Positions 25,622 to 35,416 of a DNA stretch of 64,000 bases are shown one piece after another (the stretch's first letter is position 1; every line of letters starts with the position of its first letter). Both the position numbers and the translations under genes were made by a program. The stretch comes from Candidatus Micrarchaeota archaeon (lineage in GTDB: Archaea > Micrarchaeota > Micrarchaeia > Anstonellales > Anstonellaceae): contig CAYMOY010000001.1 of the NCBI GenBank assembly GCA_964392435.1, positions 7,484-71,483 on the forward strand, written 5' to 3'. The notes beneath the pieces were generated by a model. The model was not told the DNA's origin and made no database searches. It saw only the letters and a program-made list of their open reading frames with translations.

Positions 25622-27247
25622 ATGGCAGGAATCATCAGGCCAGGCATCCTCCCGAGGGCCTACCAGCTGGCAATAGCCTCCTCCGCATTGGCAAAAGGCA
25701 ACACGCTGGTTGTGCTGCCCACAGGCCTGGGAAAGACGCTAATCGCCTTTCTGGTGATTGAAGGGCGGATAAATGGGGGAAGGGTGATTTTCCTGGCCCC
25801 AACAAAGCCTCTGGTCTCCCAGCACCACCGGACTTTTCTCGAATCGGCAGACTTTCTGGAGCAGGACTGCTCGCTTATCACCGGGGAGGTGGCACCGAAA
25901 AAACGCGAAGAGCTTTGGAAAAGGCGCGTGTGCTTTTCCACCCCGCAGTCCTTCCAAAACGACATCAAGGCTGGGCGCACGGACGGCGCCTGCTCGGTCT
26001 GCGTCATAGATGAGGCGCACCGCTCGGTGGGAAGCTATGCCTACACGTTTGTGGCCAAGAAAGTCGCAACGTCGGGCGGGCAGCTTTTGGGGCTTACTGC
26101 CTCTCCCGGGGGAAGCAGGCAGAGGATACAGGAAATAGTGGATGCTCTTGGCATACAGAACATAGAGATACGAACTGCGCAGGACGGGGATGTTGCGCCA
26201 TATGTCAAGCGCCTGGAGATATCGTACATACGCGTTCCTTTGGGCCAGCGCTTTTCCGAAATCCGCCGCCAGCTGCAGCTGATGCTTTTTGACAACGCCA
26301 AGTGGCTCTCCAGCCTGGGCTTCCACGCCCCGCTGCGCTCGAAAAAGGGCCTTGTGGAGCTTCGGGGGAAAATACTGCGCGCTTCGGACCGCGTCAAGTA
26401 TTCCGCGCTTTCCTACTACACGACAATATTCAACCTGGTGCACATGCTGGAGCTTATAGAGACCCAGGGGCTTGCCACTTTTCTTGCCTATGTGGAGAAG
26501 CTCAAGGCAAGGGACGAGACGAAGGCAAAAAGGCGCCTGCTCTCGGACGAGCGGTTCAAAATCGCGCTGGAGCTTTGCCAGTCTGCGCAGGAGCACCCCA
26601 AACTCGAGGAGCTTATCGGGCTTCTTGAGAAAAGGCGGGGGGAAAAAGTGCTGGTCTTTGCGCAGTACCGCAAGCAGGTCGAGACCATAGTCGGGGCACT
26701 GCGCGCAAAAGGCTGGAAGGCTGAGCGCTTCTTGGGGAAAAAGGAAGGGGTAACATCCGAGGAGCAGAAAATCACCATAGAGCGGTTCAGGAAAGGCGAG
26801 TTTGATGTGATGGTGGCCACCTCCATCGGGGAGGAGGGGCTGGACATACCCTCTGTGGACACTGTGGTCTTTTTTGAGCCAATCCCCTCAGAAATACGCT
26901 CGATACAGAGGCGGGGAAGGGCAGGCAGGCTCAAGGCAGGCAATGTTTTCGTGCTGATAACAACTGACACGCGCGACGAGGCATCATACCGCTCCTCGAA
27001 AAAGAAGGAGGAGAATATGCATCGCATAGTGGGGCATATGAAGCGGCAATTTTCAAGCGGGGCCCGCATGATGCAAAACGCAGGGCTTTCTGGCGAGCAA
27101 AAGCAGGCAATCGCAACTGGCGGGGCAGGGCAGGAAAAATCCGAAGCCTCGGGCAAAGGGCGGCTTTTGAAGGATGCGGCTTATCCGATGCCATCTGCGA
27201 AAAAAAAGCGCAACGAGCAATCGCAATCCAGGCTGACGGACTTCTGA
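25622..27247 (+). CDS. hef: Hef/FANCM-family DEAH-box helicase (helicase domain only, no nuclease domain)
   Basis: RAYQLAIA...VVLPTGLGKT (motif I), VIDEAH (motif II), C-terminal helicase motifs VATSIGEEGLDIP, QRRGRAGR. Confidence 0.75.
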   Translation: MAGIIRPGILPRAYQLAIASSALAKGNTLVVLPTGLGKTLIAFLVIEGRINGGRVIFLAPTKPLVSQHHRTFLESADFLEQDCSLITGEVAPKKREELWKRRVCFSTPQSFQNDIKAGRTDGACSVCVIDEAHRSVGSYAYTFVAKKVATSGGQLLGLTASPGGSRQRIQEIVDALGIQNIEIRTAQDGDVAPYVKRLEISYIRVPLGQRFSEIRRQLQLMLFDNAKWLSSLGFHAPLRSKKGLVELRGKILRASDRVKYSALSYYTTIFNLVHMLELIETQGLATFLAYVEKLKARDETKAKRRLLSDERFKIALELCQSAQEHPKLEELIGLLEKRRGEKVLVFAQYRKQVETIVGALRAKGWKAERFLGKKEGVTSEEQKITIERFRKGEFDVMVATSIGEEGLDIPSVDTVVFFEPIPSEIRSIQRRGRAGRLKAGNVFVLITTDTRDEASYRSSKKKEENMHRIVGHMKRQFSSGARMMQNAGLSGEQKQAIATGGAGQEKSEASGKGRLLKDAAYPMPSAKKKRNEQSQSRLTDF

Positions 27248-27283
27248 TTCCCCTTTTTAATCCTTTTTTGCCATTCTTATAAC

Positions 27284-29947
27284 ATGGGAGACGAATATTG
27301 GCATTCTTACACGCTGGGCAGGCTTTTCTCGCAGCTGCGCACTTCTTCCCGCGGGCTTTCGGAAAAGGAAGCGGGCCAAAGGCTTTCCTCTTATGGCGCA
27401 AACGAGATTTCCGAGGTGAAAAAGGACGAGTGGTATGTCATGCTTTTCAGGCAGTTCTCCAGCCTGCCCATCCTGCTTTTGATTGCAGCGGCGGCAATCT
27501 CGCTTGCCCTGGGGATGACGGTTGATGACAAGAAAATAATCGACGCGATTGCCATAACCGCGGCGGTCCTGATTGCCGTCTCATTCGGATTTTTCCAGGA
27601 ATACCGGGCTGAAAAGGCGCTTGCAGCCCTGAAGAAAATGGTGGTGCTCCGCTCTGTCGTACTGCGCGGCGGAAAGGAGATAGCAATCGAATCCCGCGAG
27701 CTTGTTCCTGGCGACATAGTGATACTTGAGGAGGGTAACCGGGTGCCAGCGGACATGCGGCTGATGGAGTCTGCCAACCTGGCGGTTGAGCAGTCCGCGC
27801 TGACAGGCGAGTCCGTTCCCTCGCAAAAATCGGTATGCACCCTTGCCAAAAAGACGGTGCTCTCGGACAGGGAAAACATGCTCTTCGCAGGCACCACTAT
27901 AGTGCGCGGGCACTGCAAGGGCATGGTGGTTGAAACCGGGATGAAAACTCAATTCGGCAAGATAGTTGGCTATGTAGAGGGGGAAGGGGAAAAGGAAACC
28001 CGGCTGCAAAAAGACATAACAGAGCTTTCCAAGAACCTGGGGTATGCCGGCATTTTCCTTGCATTGGTCTTTTTCGCAATAGGGATTCTCCGCGGGGAAA
28101 CCGCCACTGATATGTTCGTGGTGGCAGTCACATTGGCGGTAGCCGTTATCCCTGAAGGGCTTCCTACGGTGCTTGCGATAACGCTGGCGCTCGGGGTTCA
28201 GAAAATGGCAAAGCAAAACGCAATCGTGCGCAAGATGCCTGCCGTGGAAACGCTTGGCTCGGCAACGGTCATATGCACAGACAAGACAGGGACAATCACG
28301 CAAAACAGGATGACTGTGCAGGAGATAGTCCTGGTGCAAAGCTCATATGCGATTGCGCAGGGCAGTCTTGACCCAAGCTTTATCCGCAAGAATCCCGCGC
28401 TGCGCCGCGCTGTTGAGATAATGGCGCTTTGCAACAACTCGATGGCAATCGAGTCTTACGGCAAGAAGGTCTTAAGCGGGGACCCGACCGAGACCGCGCT
28501 TCTCTCCGCGGTCTCATCGTGCGGCGGGAATGAAAAGAAACTGCGCTCCGAGCACAGGCTGGTCGGGGAGGTCCCCTTTGATTCCGAGCGCAAGATGATG
28601 AGTGCGATTCGCATCTACAATGGTAAAAGGCTTGCATTGGTCAAAGGCGCCCCTGAAAAGGTTCTTCCCCGCTGCTCAAGGCTCCTGACAAACTCTGGCG
28701 AGGAAATCATGCGCCCTGAAAGAAGGAAGAAGGCGCTTTCCGATTCCCATGATTTGGGCAACGAGGGCAAGCGGGTGCTTGCATTGGCTTACCGCCCGAT
28801 AGGGAAAATGGCGAAATACACCCCTGCCGCGACCGAGCGCTCGCTGGTGTTTGTCGGCCTGGTGAGCATGGAAGACCCGCCCCGCCCTGAAGTGCCAGAA
28901 GCAATATCCCTCTGCCGCTCTGCGGGCATACGGGTGGTGATGATTACCGGGGACTCGCTTGCAACCGCCCGTGCGATAGCCATGAAAGTCGGGCTTTTGG
29001 AGCAGGGCAAGAGGGCATTGGACGGCTCTGAACTGGAAAACATCTCAAACTCCAAGCTGGAGGCGCTGCTGCCCCAGGTTGCGGTTTTTGCGCGCGTGAC
29101 CCCGGAGCAAAAATACAAGATAGTCTCAGCCTTCATGCGGATGGGGGAGATAGTCGCAGTGACTGGGGACGGGGTCAATGATGCGCCTGCCATAAAGAAG
29201 GCAGACATAGGGGTTGCAATGGGGATTTCGGGCACCGATGTCACCAAGGAATTGTCCGACATGGTGCTTACAGACGACAATTTCACCTCAATAGTCAACG
29301 CGGTCAAGTACGGCAGGACAATCTTCAACAATATCAAGTCATTCGTGCGGTACCAGATATCCACAAATGTCGCCGCCCTTTCGCTGATGTTCGCAGCCCC
29401 GGCGCTCTCGCTTCCGCTTCCCCTGCTTCCGCTGCAGCTTTTGTGGATAAACATCATGATAGACGGGCCGCCAGCCCTTGCTCTCGGCGCCGAGCCGCCC
29501 TCGCATGATGAGATGAGAAAACCGCCCCGCAACCCCAAGGCGAGCTTTGTGAACAGGAACATGGTCCTCTCGATTTTCATGCTGGGGCTGCTGATGGCTG
29601 CAATAGCACTGGCGGTTTTCGGTTTTTACCTGTCGTATTCCCCGGAAAAGGCATACACGGTGGTCTTCACGCTATTCGTCTTTTTGCAGCTTGCAAACGC
29701 GCTCAACTGCCGCTCTGCGCAGGATTCGCTTTTCAGCCGCCTGTTTTCCAACCCGTATGTCTTCCTGGCCATCATAATTTCCTTCGCCCTTCAGATGGCG
29801 ATAGTCTACTATTCGCCCCTTGAGGACATATTCAAGACAGTGCCGCTTGCCGCAGAAGACCTTGCGGTCATATCCTGCGCCTCGTTATTGGTGCTGATTT
29901 TCGAGGAGCTCAAGAAAAGGTTCTTCAGGCAGACTACGGTCTATTGA
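27284..29947 (+). CDS. P-type Ca2+/cation-transporting ATPase (type IIA)
   Basis: 887 aa; CTDKTGTITQNRMTV, TGDGVNDAPAIKKADIGVAMG, TGES, 10 TM. Confidence 0.85.
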   Translation: MGDEYWHSYTLGRLFSQLRTSSRGLSEKEAGQRLSSYGANEISEVKKDEWYVMLFRQFSSLPILLLIAAAAISLALGMTVDDKKIIDAIAITAAVLIAVSFGFFQEYRAEKALAALKKMVVLRSVVLRGGKEIAIESRELVPGDIVILEEGNRVPADMRLMESANLAVEQSALTGESVPSQKSVCTLAKKTVLSDRENMLFAGTTIVRGHCKGMVVETGMKTQFGKIVGYVEGEGEKETRLQKDITELSKNLGYAGIFLALVFFAIGILRGETATDMFVVAVTLAVAVIPEGLPTVLAITLALGVQKMAKQNAIVRKMPAVETLGSATVICTDKTGTITQNRMTVQEIVLVQSSYAIAQGSLDPSFIRKNPALRRAVEIMALCNNSMAIESYGKKVLSGDPTETALLSAVSSCGGNEKKLRSEHRLVGEVPFDSERKMMSAIRIYNGKRLALVKGAPEKVLPRCSRLLTNSGEEIMRPERRKKALSDSHDLGNEGKRVLALAYRPIGKMAKYTPAATERSLVFVGLVSMEDPPRPEVPEAISLCRSAGIRVVMITGDSLATARAIAMKVGLLEQGKRALDGSELENISNSKLEALLPQVAVFARVTPEQKYKIVSAFMRMGEIVAVTGDGVNDAPAIKKADIGVAMGISGTDVTKELSDMVLTDDNFTSIVNAVKYGRTIFNNIKSFVRYQISTNVAALSLMFAAPALSLPLPLLPLQLLWINIMIDGPPALALGAEPPSHDEMRKPPRNPKASFVNRNMVLSIFMLGLLMAAIALAVFGFYLSYSPEKAYTVVFTLFVFLQLANALNCRSAQDSLFSRLFSNPYVFLAIIISFALQMAIVYYSPLEDIFKTVPLAAEDLAVISCASLLVLIFEELKKRFFRQTTVY

Positions 29948-29966
29948 GCTTGGCAGAGGTGATTGT

Positions 29967-30719
29967 ATGGATGCTTTGACAGCAGAGAAAAAGGCAGTCT
30001 CCTTCATCCGCGCATATTTCCGCAAATCTGGACGGAAAATGGCTGTGCTGGGGCTTTCCGGGGGGCTGGACTCCGCTGTGGCACTCGCTCTTTGCGTCCG
30101 GGCGCTTGGCGCAAAAAACACGATTGCCGCCATTCTTCCCTCGGATTCCACCCCCAAAGCAGACCTTCGCGATGCCCTGGGGCTTGCAAAAAGGCTCAAT
30201 GTGAGGGTAATAAAATCAAACATCGAGCCGGCCCTTTACGCATTCGGCTGGCTCTCGGAAAACACTATGGGCAGGGCGAACCTATCCGCCCGCGTGCGCA
30301 TGGCAGTTCTCTATTCCCTTGCCCACAAGTATAATGGGCTGGTGGTGGGCACAGGAAACAAATCAGAGCTTTTGCTTGGCTACTTCACCAAGCACGGGGA
30401 CGGCGCGGCTGACCTTTTCCCGCTGGCAGGGCTTTACAAGACCGAAGTGAAGCGCCTGGGGGCTCACCTTCGCCTGCCAAAACGCATGCTGGGCAAGCCG
30501 CCCTCACCCGCTTTGTGGGGGGGGCAGACTGCGGAAAAAGAGCTGGGCTTTTCCTACGAAGAGGCGGACGGGATACTGATGGGGCTTGAAAAGAGGACTC
30601 CGGTTGCTGCGCTATGCAGGAAATTTTCCAAGAAGACTGTGCAATCAGTGCTTAGGCTCATGAGACAAAACAGGCACAAGCTTTTTCCCGCCCCAATCTG
30701 CAAGATGCCAGGCATTTAA
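29967..30719 (+). CDS. nadE: NH3-dependent NAD+ synthetase
   Basis: PP-loop LGLSGGLDSAV; 250 aa. Confidence 0.85.
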   Translation: MDALTAEKKAVSFIRAYFRKSGRKMAVLGLSGGLDSAVALALCVRALGAKNTIAAILPSDSTPKADLRDALGLAKRLNVRVIKSNIEPALYAFGWLSENTMGRANLSARVRMAVLYSLAHKYNGLVVGTGNKSELLLGYFTKHGDGAADLFPLAGLYKTEVKRLGAHLRLPKRMLGKPPSPALWGGQTAEKELGFSYEEADGILMGLEKRTPVAALCRKFSKKTVQSVLRLMRQNRHKLFPAPICKMPGI

Positions 30720-30771
30720 TTTGCCCCGGGGGCGTATCCATTTCCCTCGCCTAGCCTGCGGGTCAGCTTCT

Positions 30772-30897
30772 GGAAAAAGCTCACGCTTTTTCCATCTTAT
30801 CTGAGCCTGTCGGCTCAGATTCAGGAAAAATCTATCAAGATTTTTCCATCCGATTGGAATTGAGATTCCAAGTCTGGAAAAAGCTCACGCTTTTTCC
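30772..30897. repeat. Array of five hairpins in convergent intergenic region: GGAAAAAGCTCACGCTTTTTCC (30772-30793 and identical 30876-30897), variant GGAAAAATCTATCAAGATTTTTCC (30824-30847), interleaved with palindromes CTGAGCCTGTCGGCTCAG (30801-30818) and TTGGAATTGAGATTCCAA (30854-30871)
   Basis: 52-bp periodicity of the GGAAAAA/TTTTTCC units; T5/A5 runs on both strands suggest bidirectional terminators. Confidence 0.6.
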
Positions 30898-31391
30898 ATC
30901 CTATCCAAAAAGCCCTGCGCCTTTTTCCGTATGCCCTGGCTGCCCAGAGGCACCACCACCGCGCCGGCATCGGGCTGCCCGTAAACAAGGGTGCCCCCCT
31001 TTGCGCGTGCCATAACAAGAAGGGAAGTCAAATCGTCCTCGCCAACCACAAATATCGCGCCGCTGCCTGCCGCAAGCACGCTGTCCACGGCTGATGAAAG
31101 CTCGTCGGTTATAACTCCGGGCGGGGAGAGGACCACAAAAGCGCTTGCAGCATGCAAAGCAAAGGTTTTTTTCATATCCAAAGGTATTTCCGCCCGCTTT
31201 ATCTTGAAATCAAATGCCAGTATGTCAGGCGCATTGCCAAGCCGTATCATGTCAAATGCGCATTGGTCCCCAACCGATATGAGCGGCCTTTTCGCCGCGG
31301 CAAGGGCAGCTTCCAGTTTTTCCTTTCCCAAAACAGTGCCAAAGGGCTTGCGCACCTCGTCTCTTAGGTGTTCTGGCAATCTCAGCATCAA
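30885..31391 (-). CDS. DUF359-family protein (possible GTP-dependent dephospho-CoA kinase)
   Basis: 168 aa; weak recollection-based family assignment (ISVGDQCAFDMIRLGNAPDILAFDFKIKR). Confidence 0.4.
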   Translation of the reverse strand: MMLRLPEHLRDEVRKPFGTVLGKEKLEAALAAAKRPLISVGDQCAFDMIRLGNAPDILAFDFKIKRAEIPLDMKKTFALHAASAFVVLSPPGVITDELSSAVDSVLAAGSGAIFVVGEDDLTSLLVMARAKGGTLVYGQPDAGAVVVPLGSQGIRKKAQGFLDRMEKA

Positions 31392-31392
31392 A

Positions 31393-32064
31393 CTACCTTA
31401 TTTTTCTGGCAGTCCCATCCTCATTTCCCACAATCACAACCGGCTTTTTTTGTGTGAACAGCCCGTTGTCCACAACTCCCGCTATGCAGTTTATCTCATC
31501 TTCGAGGCGCCGCGGGTCCTTTATCTGGGGGAACAGGGCATGCAAAATCAGGTTGGAGTTGTCAGATATGAACTTCCTTCTCCCATCCATGCGCGTCTCG
31601 AACCGTCTGGCGCCAAGCTTCACCAAGTCGCGCTTGACAGCATCCTCGGCAAGGGGTATCACCTCTACCGGCACGATTCCGGACAGACATCTGGCAAGCT
31701 TGTTCTCCCCTACCATGACTGCGAAAGTCTCAGACCGGTAGTCGACTATCTTTTCGCGCACCAGCGCCCCCCCGAGCCCCTTTATCAGGTTGAGGTTCTT
31801 ATCCACCTGGTCTGCCCCGTCAAACGCGATATCCAGCCTGGAAAGCGTGTCAAAGCCCTCCAGGCGAAGCCCGAGTTTTTTAGCCTGGTATTCTGATGCG
31901 ACGGAGGTGGCTATGCAGGTAAGGTCCAAATGTTCCCTCCTGTTCCTCTCGCCTAGCAGGTCTATGAAAACCTTCGCGGTGCTGCCTGTCCCAAGGCCAA
32001 TATTCATGCCTGGCCTGACCATGCTAAGTGCGGCCTGGGCTGAGGCCGCCTTCGACTTGTCCAT
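31393..32064 (-). CDS. rpiA: Ribose-5-phosphate isomerase A
   Basis: GLGTGSTA, DGADQVD, KGLGGALVREK motifs. Confidence 0.85.
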   Translation of the reverse strand: MDKSKAASAQAALSMVRPGMNIGLGTGSTAKVFIDLLGERNRREHLDLTCIATSVASEYQAKKLGLRLEGFDTLSRLDIAFDGADQVDKNLNLIKGLGGALVREKIVDYRSETFAVMVGENKLARCLSGIVPVEVIPLAEDAVKRDLVKLGARRFETRMDGRRKFISDNSNLILHALFPQIKDPRRLEDEINCIAGVVDNGLFTQKKPVVIVGNEDGTARKIR

Positions 32065-32141
32065 GCAGGGCTAACCCAGATTAGCGTTAAAACCCTTCGC
32101 TAGGCGGCAGGCTCGTCCACTAGATTTTCAGGCGGGCAAAG

Positions 32142-32684
32142 CTAGATGGACTTGAGAAGGTCCGCCTTGGTGATTATGCCCGCAACCTCCCCCCGCCGCA
32201 GCACCAGCACAGCAGGGTAGTGCTGCAATAGTGGCGCTATGGAGGAAATCGGGGCATCTGGCAATATTGTGGGGAAAGCCTCGCCCATTGCTTCGCAAAC
32301 ACGGCAGCGCGCAAGGCTTTTTCCTGCGGAAAACTGCTCCAGCATGGTCTGCTCGCTTATGCTGCCGATTATTTTCTTCCCATCTGCAACAGGGAGCTGG
32401 GAAATGCCCTTTTTCCTCATCAGCGAGGCGGCAAAATGCAGCGTTTCATCGCATGAGACCGTCGCCACCCCCTCATGCATCACGTCCTTGGCTTTTTTCT
32501 CAGATGAATGGCGCATGCTGCGCAGCGAGTCGATTATCCTGGACGCCTTGGAATATGCAGGGTCTATGCTCCCAGCCTCTATCTTTGCCACAAGCGACTG
32601 CGAAACACCGGCTGCCTTGGCAAGGGCGTGCTGCGTGATGCCAAGCCGCCGCCGCATCTCCTTTATCGCACGTAGGTCTTCCAT
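32142..32684 (-). CDS. Transcriptional regulator, XRE-type HTH fused to CBS-domain pair
   Basis: MEDLRAIKEMRRRLGITQHALAKAAGVSQSLVAKIE... then two CBS motifs; start at internal Met 32684. Confidence 0.65.
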   Translation of the reverse strand: MEDLRAIKEMRRRLGITQHALAKAAGVSQSLVAKIEAGSIDPAYSKASRIIDSLRSMRHSSEKKAKDVMHEGVATVSCDETLHFAASLMRKKGISQLPVADGKKIIGSISEQTMLEQFSAGKSLARCRVCEAMGEAFPTILPDAPISSIAPLLQHYPAVLVLRRGEVAGIITKADLLKSI

Positions 32685-32724
32685 GCAGAACCAGTGCCGA
32701 TGGCCATTTATATTCCTATCGGAA

Positions 32725-32925
32725 TTAATGTATGGTTTCAGGCTTTGGCTTGGATTTCTCGGCTTTCCTCTCAAAATCCGCATTTCTGCCCGCAAAAGCC
32801 GTGCCGTATCCTGCCAGCGCGCCGGTCTTGGTTATGTCTTTTGTCGGGTTGAACCGGTATTTCTCGCCGTTTATTGCCACTATCTGGCCTCCCCGCCCGC
32901 CGCCAATCACTGTTTTTTGAGTCAT
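32725..32925 (-). CDS. Small hypothetical protein (Gly-rich)
   Basis: SD GAGGTG 7 nt before ATG; MTQKTVIGGGRGGQIVAINGEKYRFNPTKD... Confidence 0.35.
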   Translation of the reverse strand: MTQKTVIGGGRGGQIVAINGEKYRFNPTKDITKTGALAGYGTAFAGRNADFERKAEKSKPKPETIH

Positions 32926-33412
32926 GAGCCGCACCTCATCTTCCTTGGCGGTGCAAGACGTTTATATAGTTCCCTGAAAGTTTTATTCTGATAAGAATTA
33001 GGCTGCGCTTTTTTCCAAAAATGAAGCGCCGGCATCGTTTTCCTGATGGGAACGGCCGCCATCGTTATGAGTAAAATGTGCCACGCTATTTTTGCCTGCG
33101 GACAAAAATGCGCAGCCTTTTTTGCTGAAGCAAAAAAGTGCCAAGGGCGTGATTTGTTCGTGCGCCAAAACGCGGGGTTTGGGCGGAATTGAACACGCGG
33201 CTTCCAGATTTCTCGGTTTGCTGCGCGCAACATTCTGCACGCAGAGTGTCATTTTATATCATCGCTGAACGGTCAGCTCATCACTCAAATTATGCGGGTT
33301 CCCTCCTGCGAAGTCCCCCAAATATGAGTCTGGCACTCTAACCAAGCTGAGTTACCTTGGCACGGATGATTGTTGGGGGGAAAGGCATTAAAAGCAGTTC
33401 ATCTTCCAATAA

Positions 33413-33722
33413 TGCGGAGCGGCGGGAGGACGGCTCACCGCGCCCTGCTTTGCGGGGCGGGGAGGAAGTTCTGCCCACCGGAAAGAGTCCAAATCGCTTA
33501 AGGCGATATCGGGAACAGAAACGATTAACCGCCCCCTCCGATGAGAATGACGAAAGGAGAGGGGGGGAGCGGGTTGAAACGGCCCGTGCTTGGAAACAAG
33601 ATGCACGGTGCAAGGCCTTGTGCCGCTTGTCCATCCGCGAGGATGGATAGCTGGGGGGCAAAAGCCCTCCGGATAGTCCAATGCCGTCTGAAACAGAAGG
33701 CAGACTACTACCTGCCGCTCCT
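33413..33722 (+). ncRNA. rnpB: RNase P RNA (archaeal type A)
   Basis: GGGGAGGAAGTTCTGCCCACC (cf. GGAGGAAAGUCCGGGCUCC, P4 5' strand), GAAACAGAAGGCAGACTA (ACAGAAnCCGGCUUA, P4 3' strand), GGTGCAAGGCC (conserved GCAAGGCC), GNRA loops, P1 pairing GGAGCGGC/GCCGCTCC; TATA-like CATTAAAAG ~25 bp upstream; overlapping ORFs are low-complexity. Confidence 0.65.
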
Positions 33723-33739
33723 CATACTGAAGTGGGATA

Positions 33740-34738
33740 ATGGATTTCTCTCCTGAAGAAAAAGAAGAAGAGGCCAAGCGGCTGTATGCCAAGCTTTCCA
33801 CATTGGGCTGGAGCCTGGATGCCTGCAGGGTTTCATCCCCGCTCACCCTTGAGGTAAACAGGCTGAAAAAGGAAAAGGACGCGGTTGTGCTTGCGCATTC
33901 CTACCAGACTCCGGATATCATTTACGGGGTTGCTGATTTTACCGGCGACTCATATGCGCTATCTCTTCAGGCAAGCAAAACCAGCGCAAAAACTATTGTT
34001 TTCGCAGGGGTGCGCTTCATGGCGGAGACCGCCAAGCTTCTCAACCCTGAGAAGCGCGTGTTCATCCCCTCTCTCGAAGCAGGCTGCTCGCTTGCAGACG
34101 GAATAACTGCGCAAGAGGTGCGGCAGCTTAAGGCAAAGCACCCTGGCGCCCCGGTGGTCTGCTATGTGAACACCAGCGCCGCGGTGAAGGCCGAGTCAGA
34201 TGTGTGCTGCACCAGCGCCAATGCGGCAAAGATAATCTCAAGCTTCAAGGAAAAGGAAATAATATTCGTCCCAGACCAGTTCATGGCGGAAAACCTTTCG
34301 CGCCAGACCGGCAAGAAGCTCATAGGCTGGCATGCCAGATGCGTGGTGCACCAGGATTTTGACCAGAAAAAAATAGACGCAATCCGCGCCGGTTTCCCGG
34401 GCGTGAAGGTGCTTGCGCATTCCGAGTGCCCGCCATCGGTTGCAAAAGCCGCTGACCTGGTGGGCGGCACCGCGGACATGGAGCGGTTCGTAAAATCTTC
34501 AAATGCACCCTCCTTCATGCTGGTGACTGAATGCGGGCTTTCAGACAGGCTGCGGGCCCAGTCTGGCGGCAAGCAGTTCCTGGGCATGTGCTCGCTTTGC
34601 CCTTATATGAAGAAGAATTCGCTGCCTAGTATAATTTCTGCTCTTAAAGGCGGAGAAAAGGGAAATGAAATAGTGCTGGATGAAATCATTGCAACTAGGG
34701 CAAGGAAGTCGTTAGAGCGTATGCTCGCCCTGTCCTAG
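33740..34738 (+). CDS. nadA: Quinolinate synthase A
   Basis: 332 aa; VLAHSYQTPDI, FMAETAK, three conserved Cys regions (CSLADG, CYVNTS, HSECPP). Confidence 0.85.
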   Translation: MDFSPEEKEEEAKRLYAKLSTLGWSLDACRVSSPLTLEVNRLKKEKDAVVLAHSYQTPDIIYGVADFTGDSYALSLQASKTSAKTIVFAGVRFMAETAKLLNPEKRVFIPSLEAGCSLADGITAQEVRQLKAKHPGAPVVCYVNTSAAVKAESDVCCTSANAAKIISSFKEKEIIFVPDQFMAENLSRQTGKKLIGWHARCVVHQDFDQKKIDAIRAGFPGVKVLAHSECPPSVAKAADLVGGTADMERFVKSSNAPSFMLVTECGLSDRLRAQSGGKQFLGMCSLCPYMKKNSLPSIISALKGGEKGNEIVLDEIIATRARKSLERMLALS

Positions 34739-34743
34739 CCTTC

Positions 34744-34983
34744 TTAGTCGCCGCCGCCCTTGTTGAGCTTGGAAAGCAGGATGAAGACCATAACAGCCGC
34801 CACTAGGCCTGCTGCGTATGGGACGTACCACTCATCAAGCCCCATCCGGTTTTCGCTCCACACCCAGGCTATTGCGTAGCCCACTACCAATGCCAAAGCC
34901 AGCTTGGCAAACCCGAGTATTGCCCGGGTCTTGTCAGATCCCATGCAATCGATTTTCCAGCCAACGCTTAAAAGCCTGCCCAA
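34744..34983 (-). CDS. Small hypothetical membrane protein (2 TM)
   Basis: 79 aa ORF; weak. Confidence 0.3.
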   Translation of the reverse strand: MGRLLSVGWKIDCMGSDKTRAILGFAKLALALVVGYAIAWVWSENRMGLDEWYVPYAAGLVAAVMVFILLSKLNKGGGD

Positions 34984-35072
34984 AGCGGAATTCCCCGGCA
35001 GCTCCAGGCTTTGGTTTAAAACGTTTTTCCCCCGTATCCTTGCGCTCCCATTTTTTGGGGGAGGTTGGTTTG

Positions 35073-35297
35073 ATGGTGGAAAAAAGACCTTTTGACATAC
35101 TAAATGGCGCCCTGAACAACACCGTGGTGGTGGGCCTCAAGGGAGGCAGGGAGCTTCGCGGAACAATGGCATCCTACGATGTCCACATGAACATAGTGCT
35201 TGAAAAGGCGGAACATTTGGAAAACGGGGAGGTCAAGCGCGGGCTGGGCACTGTCCTGGTGCGCGGAGACTCGGTCGTGTACATTTCCCCTTCCTGA
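35073..35297 (+). CDS. Sm-like (LSm/SmAP) protein
   Basis: SD GGGGGAGGT; MVEKRPFDILNGALNNTVVVGLKGGRELRGTMASYDVHMNIVLEKAEHLENGEVKRGLGTVLVRGDSVVYISPS. Confidence 0.85.
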   Translation: MVEKRPFDILNGALNNTVVVGLKGGRELRGTMASYDVHMNIVLEKAEHLENGEVKRGLGTVLVRGDSVVYISPS

Positions 35298-35311
35298 GTT
35301 TTTTCTCAACC

Positions 35312-35416
35312 GGGCTTGTGGCGCAACGGTAGCGCGCCTGCATGGCATGGCCATTTCGCAGCGGCGGAATGGGCACATAGTGCAGGAGGCTGGGGGTTCG
35401 AATCCCCCCGAGTCCA
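35312..35416 (+). tRNA. tRNA-Ala (anticodon GGC) with 33-nt canonical intron (after position 37)
   Basis: G3:U70 identity pair, A73, D-arm GCGC/GCGC, anticodon stem CCTGC/GCAGG, loop ATGGCA|intron|T, T-arm GGGGG-TTCGAAT-CCCCC. Confidence 0.75.

Noticed and set aside
26488-27156. 222-aa minus-strand ORF inside the Hef helicase gene
   Set aside because: Antisense to a gene with unambiguous helicase motifs; Ser/Pro-rich low-complexity translation.
30772-30897. Hairpin repeat array considered as a mini CRISPR array
   Set aside because: Only three repeat units and one is divergent. Each repeat is itself a palindrome with T-runs, the 'spacers' are also perfect palindromes, and no cas genes are nearby. 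Intrinsic terminators or a small repeat element fit better.
33338-33846. ORF-track ORFs on both strands (33338..33661-, 33357..33650+, 33388..33846-, 33541..33756+)
   Set aside because: Low-complexity R/G/P-rich translations with no start context; the region carries RNase P RNA signatures (P4, GCAAGGCC) instead.
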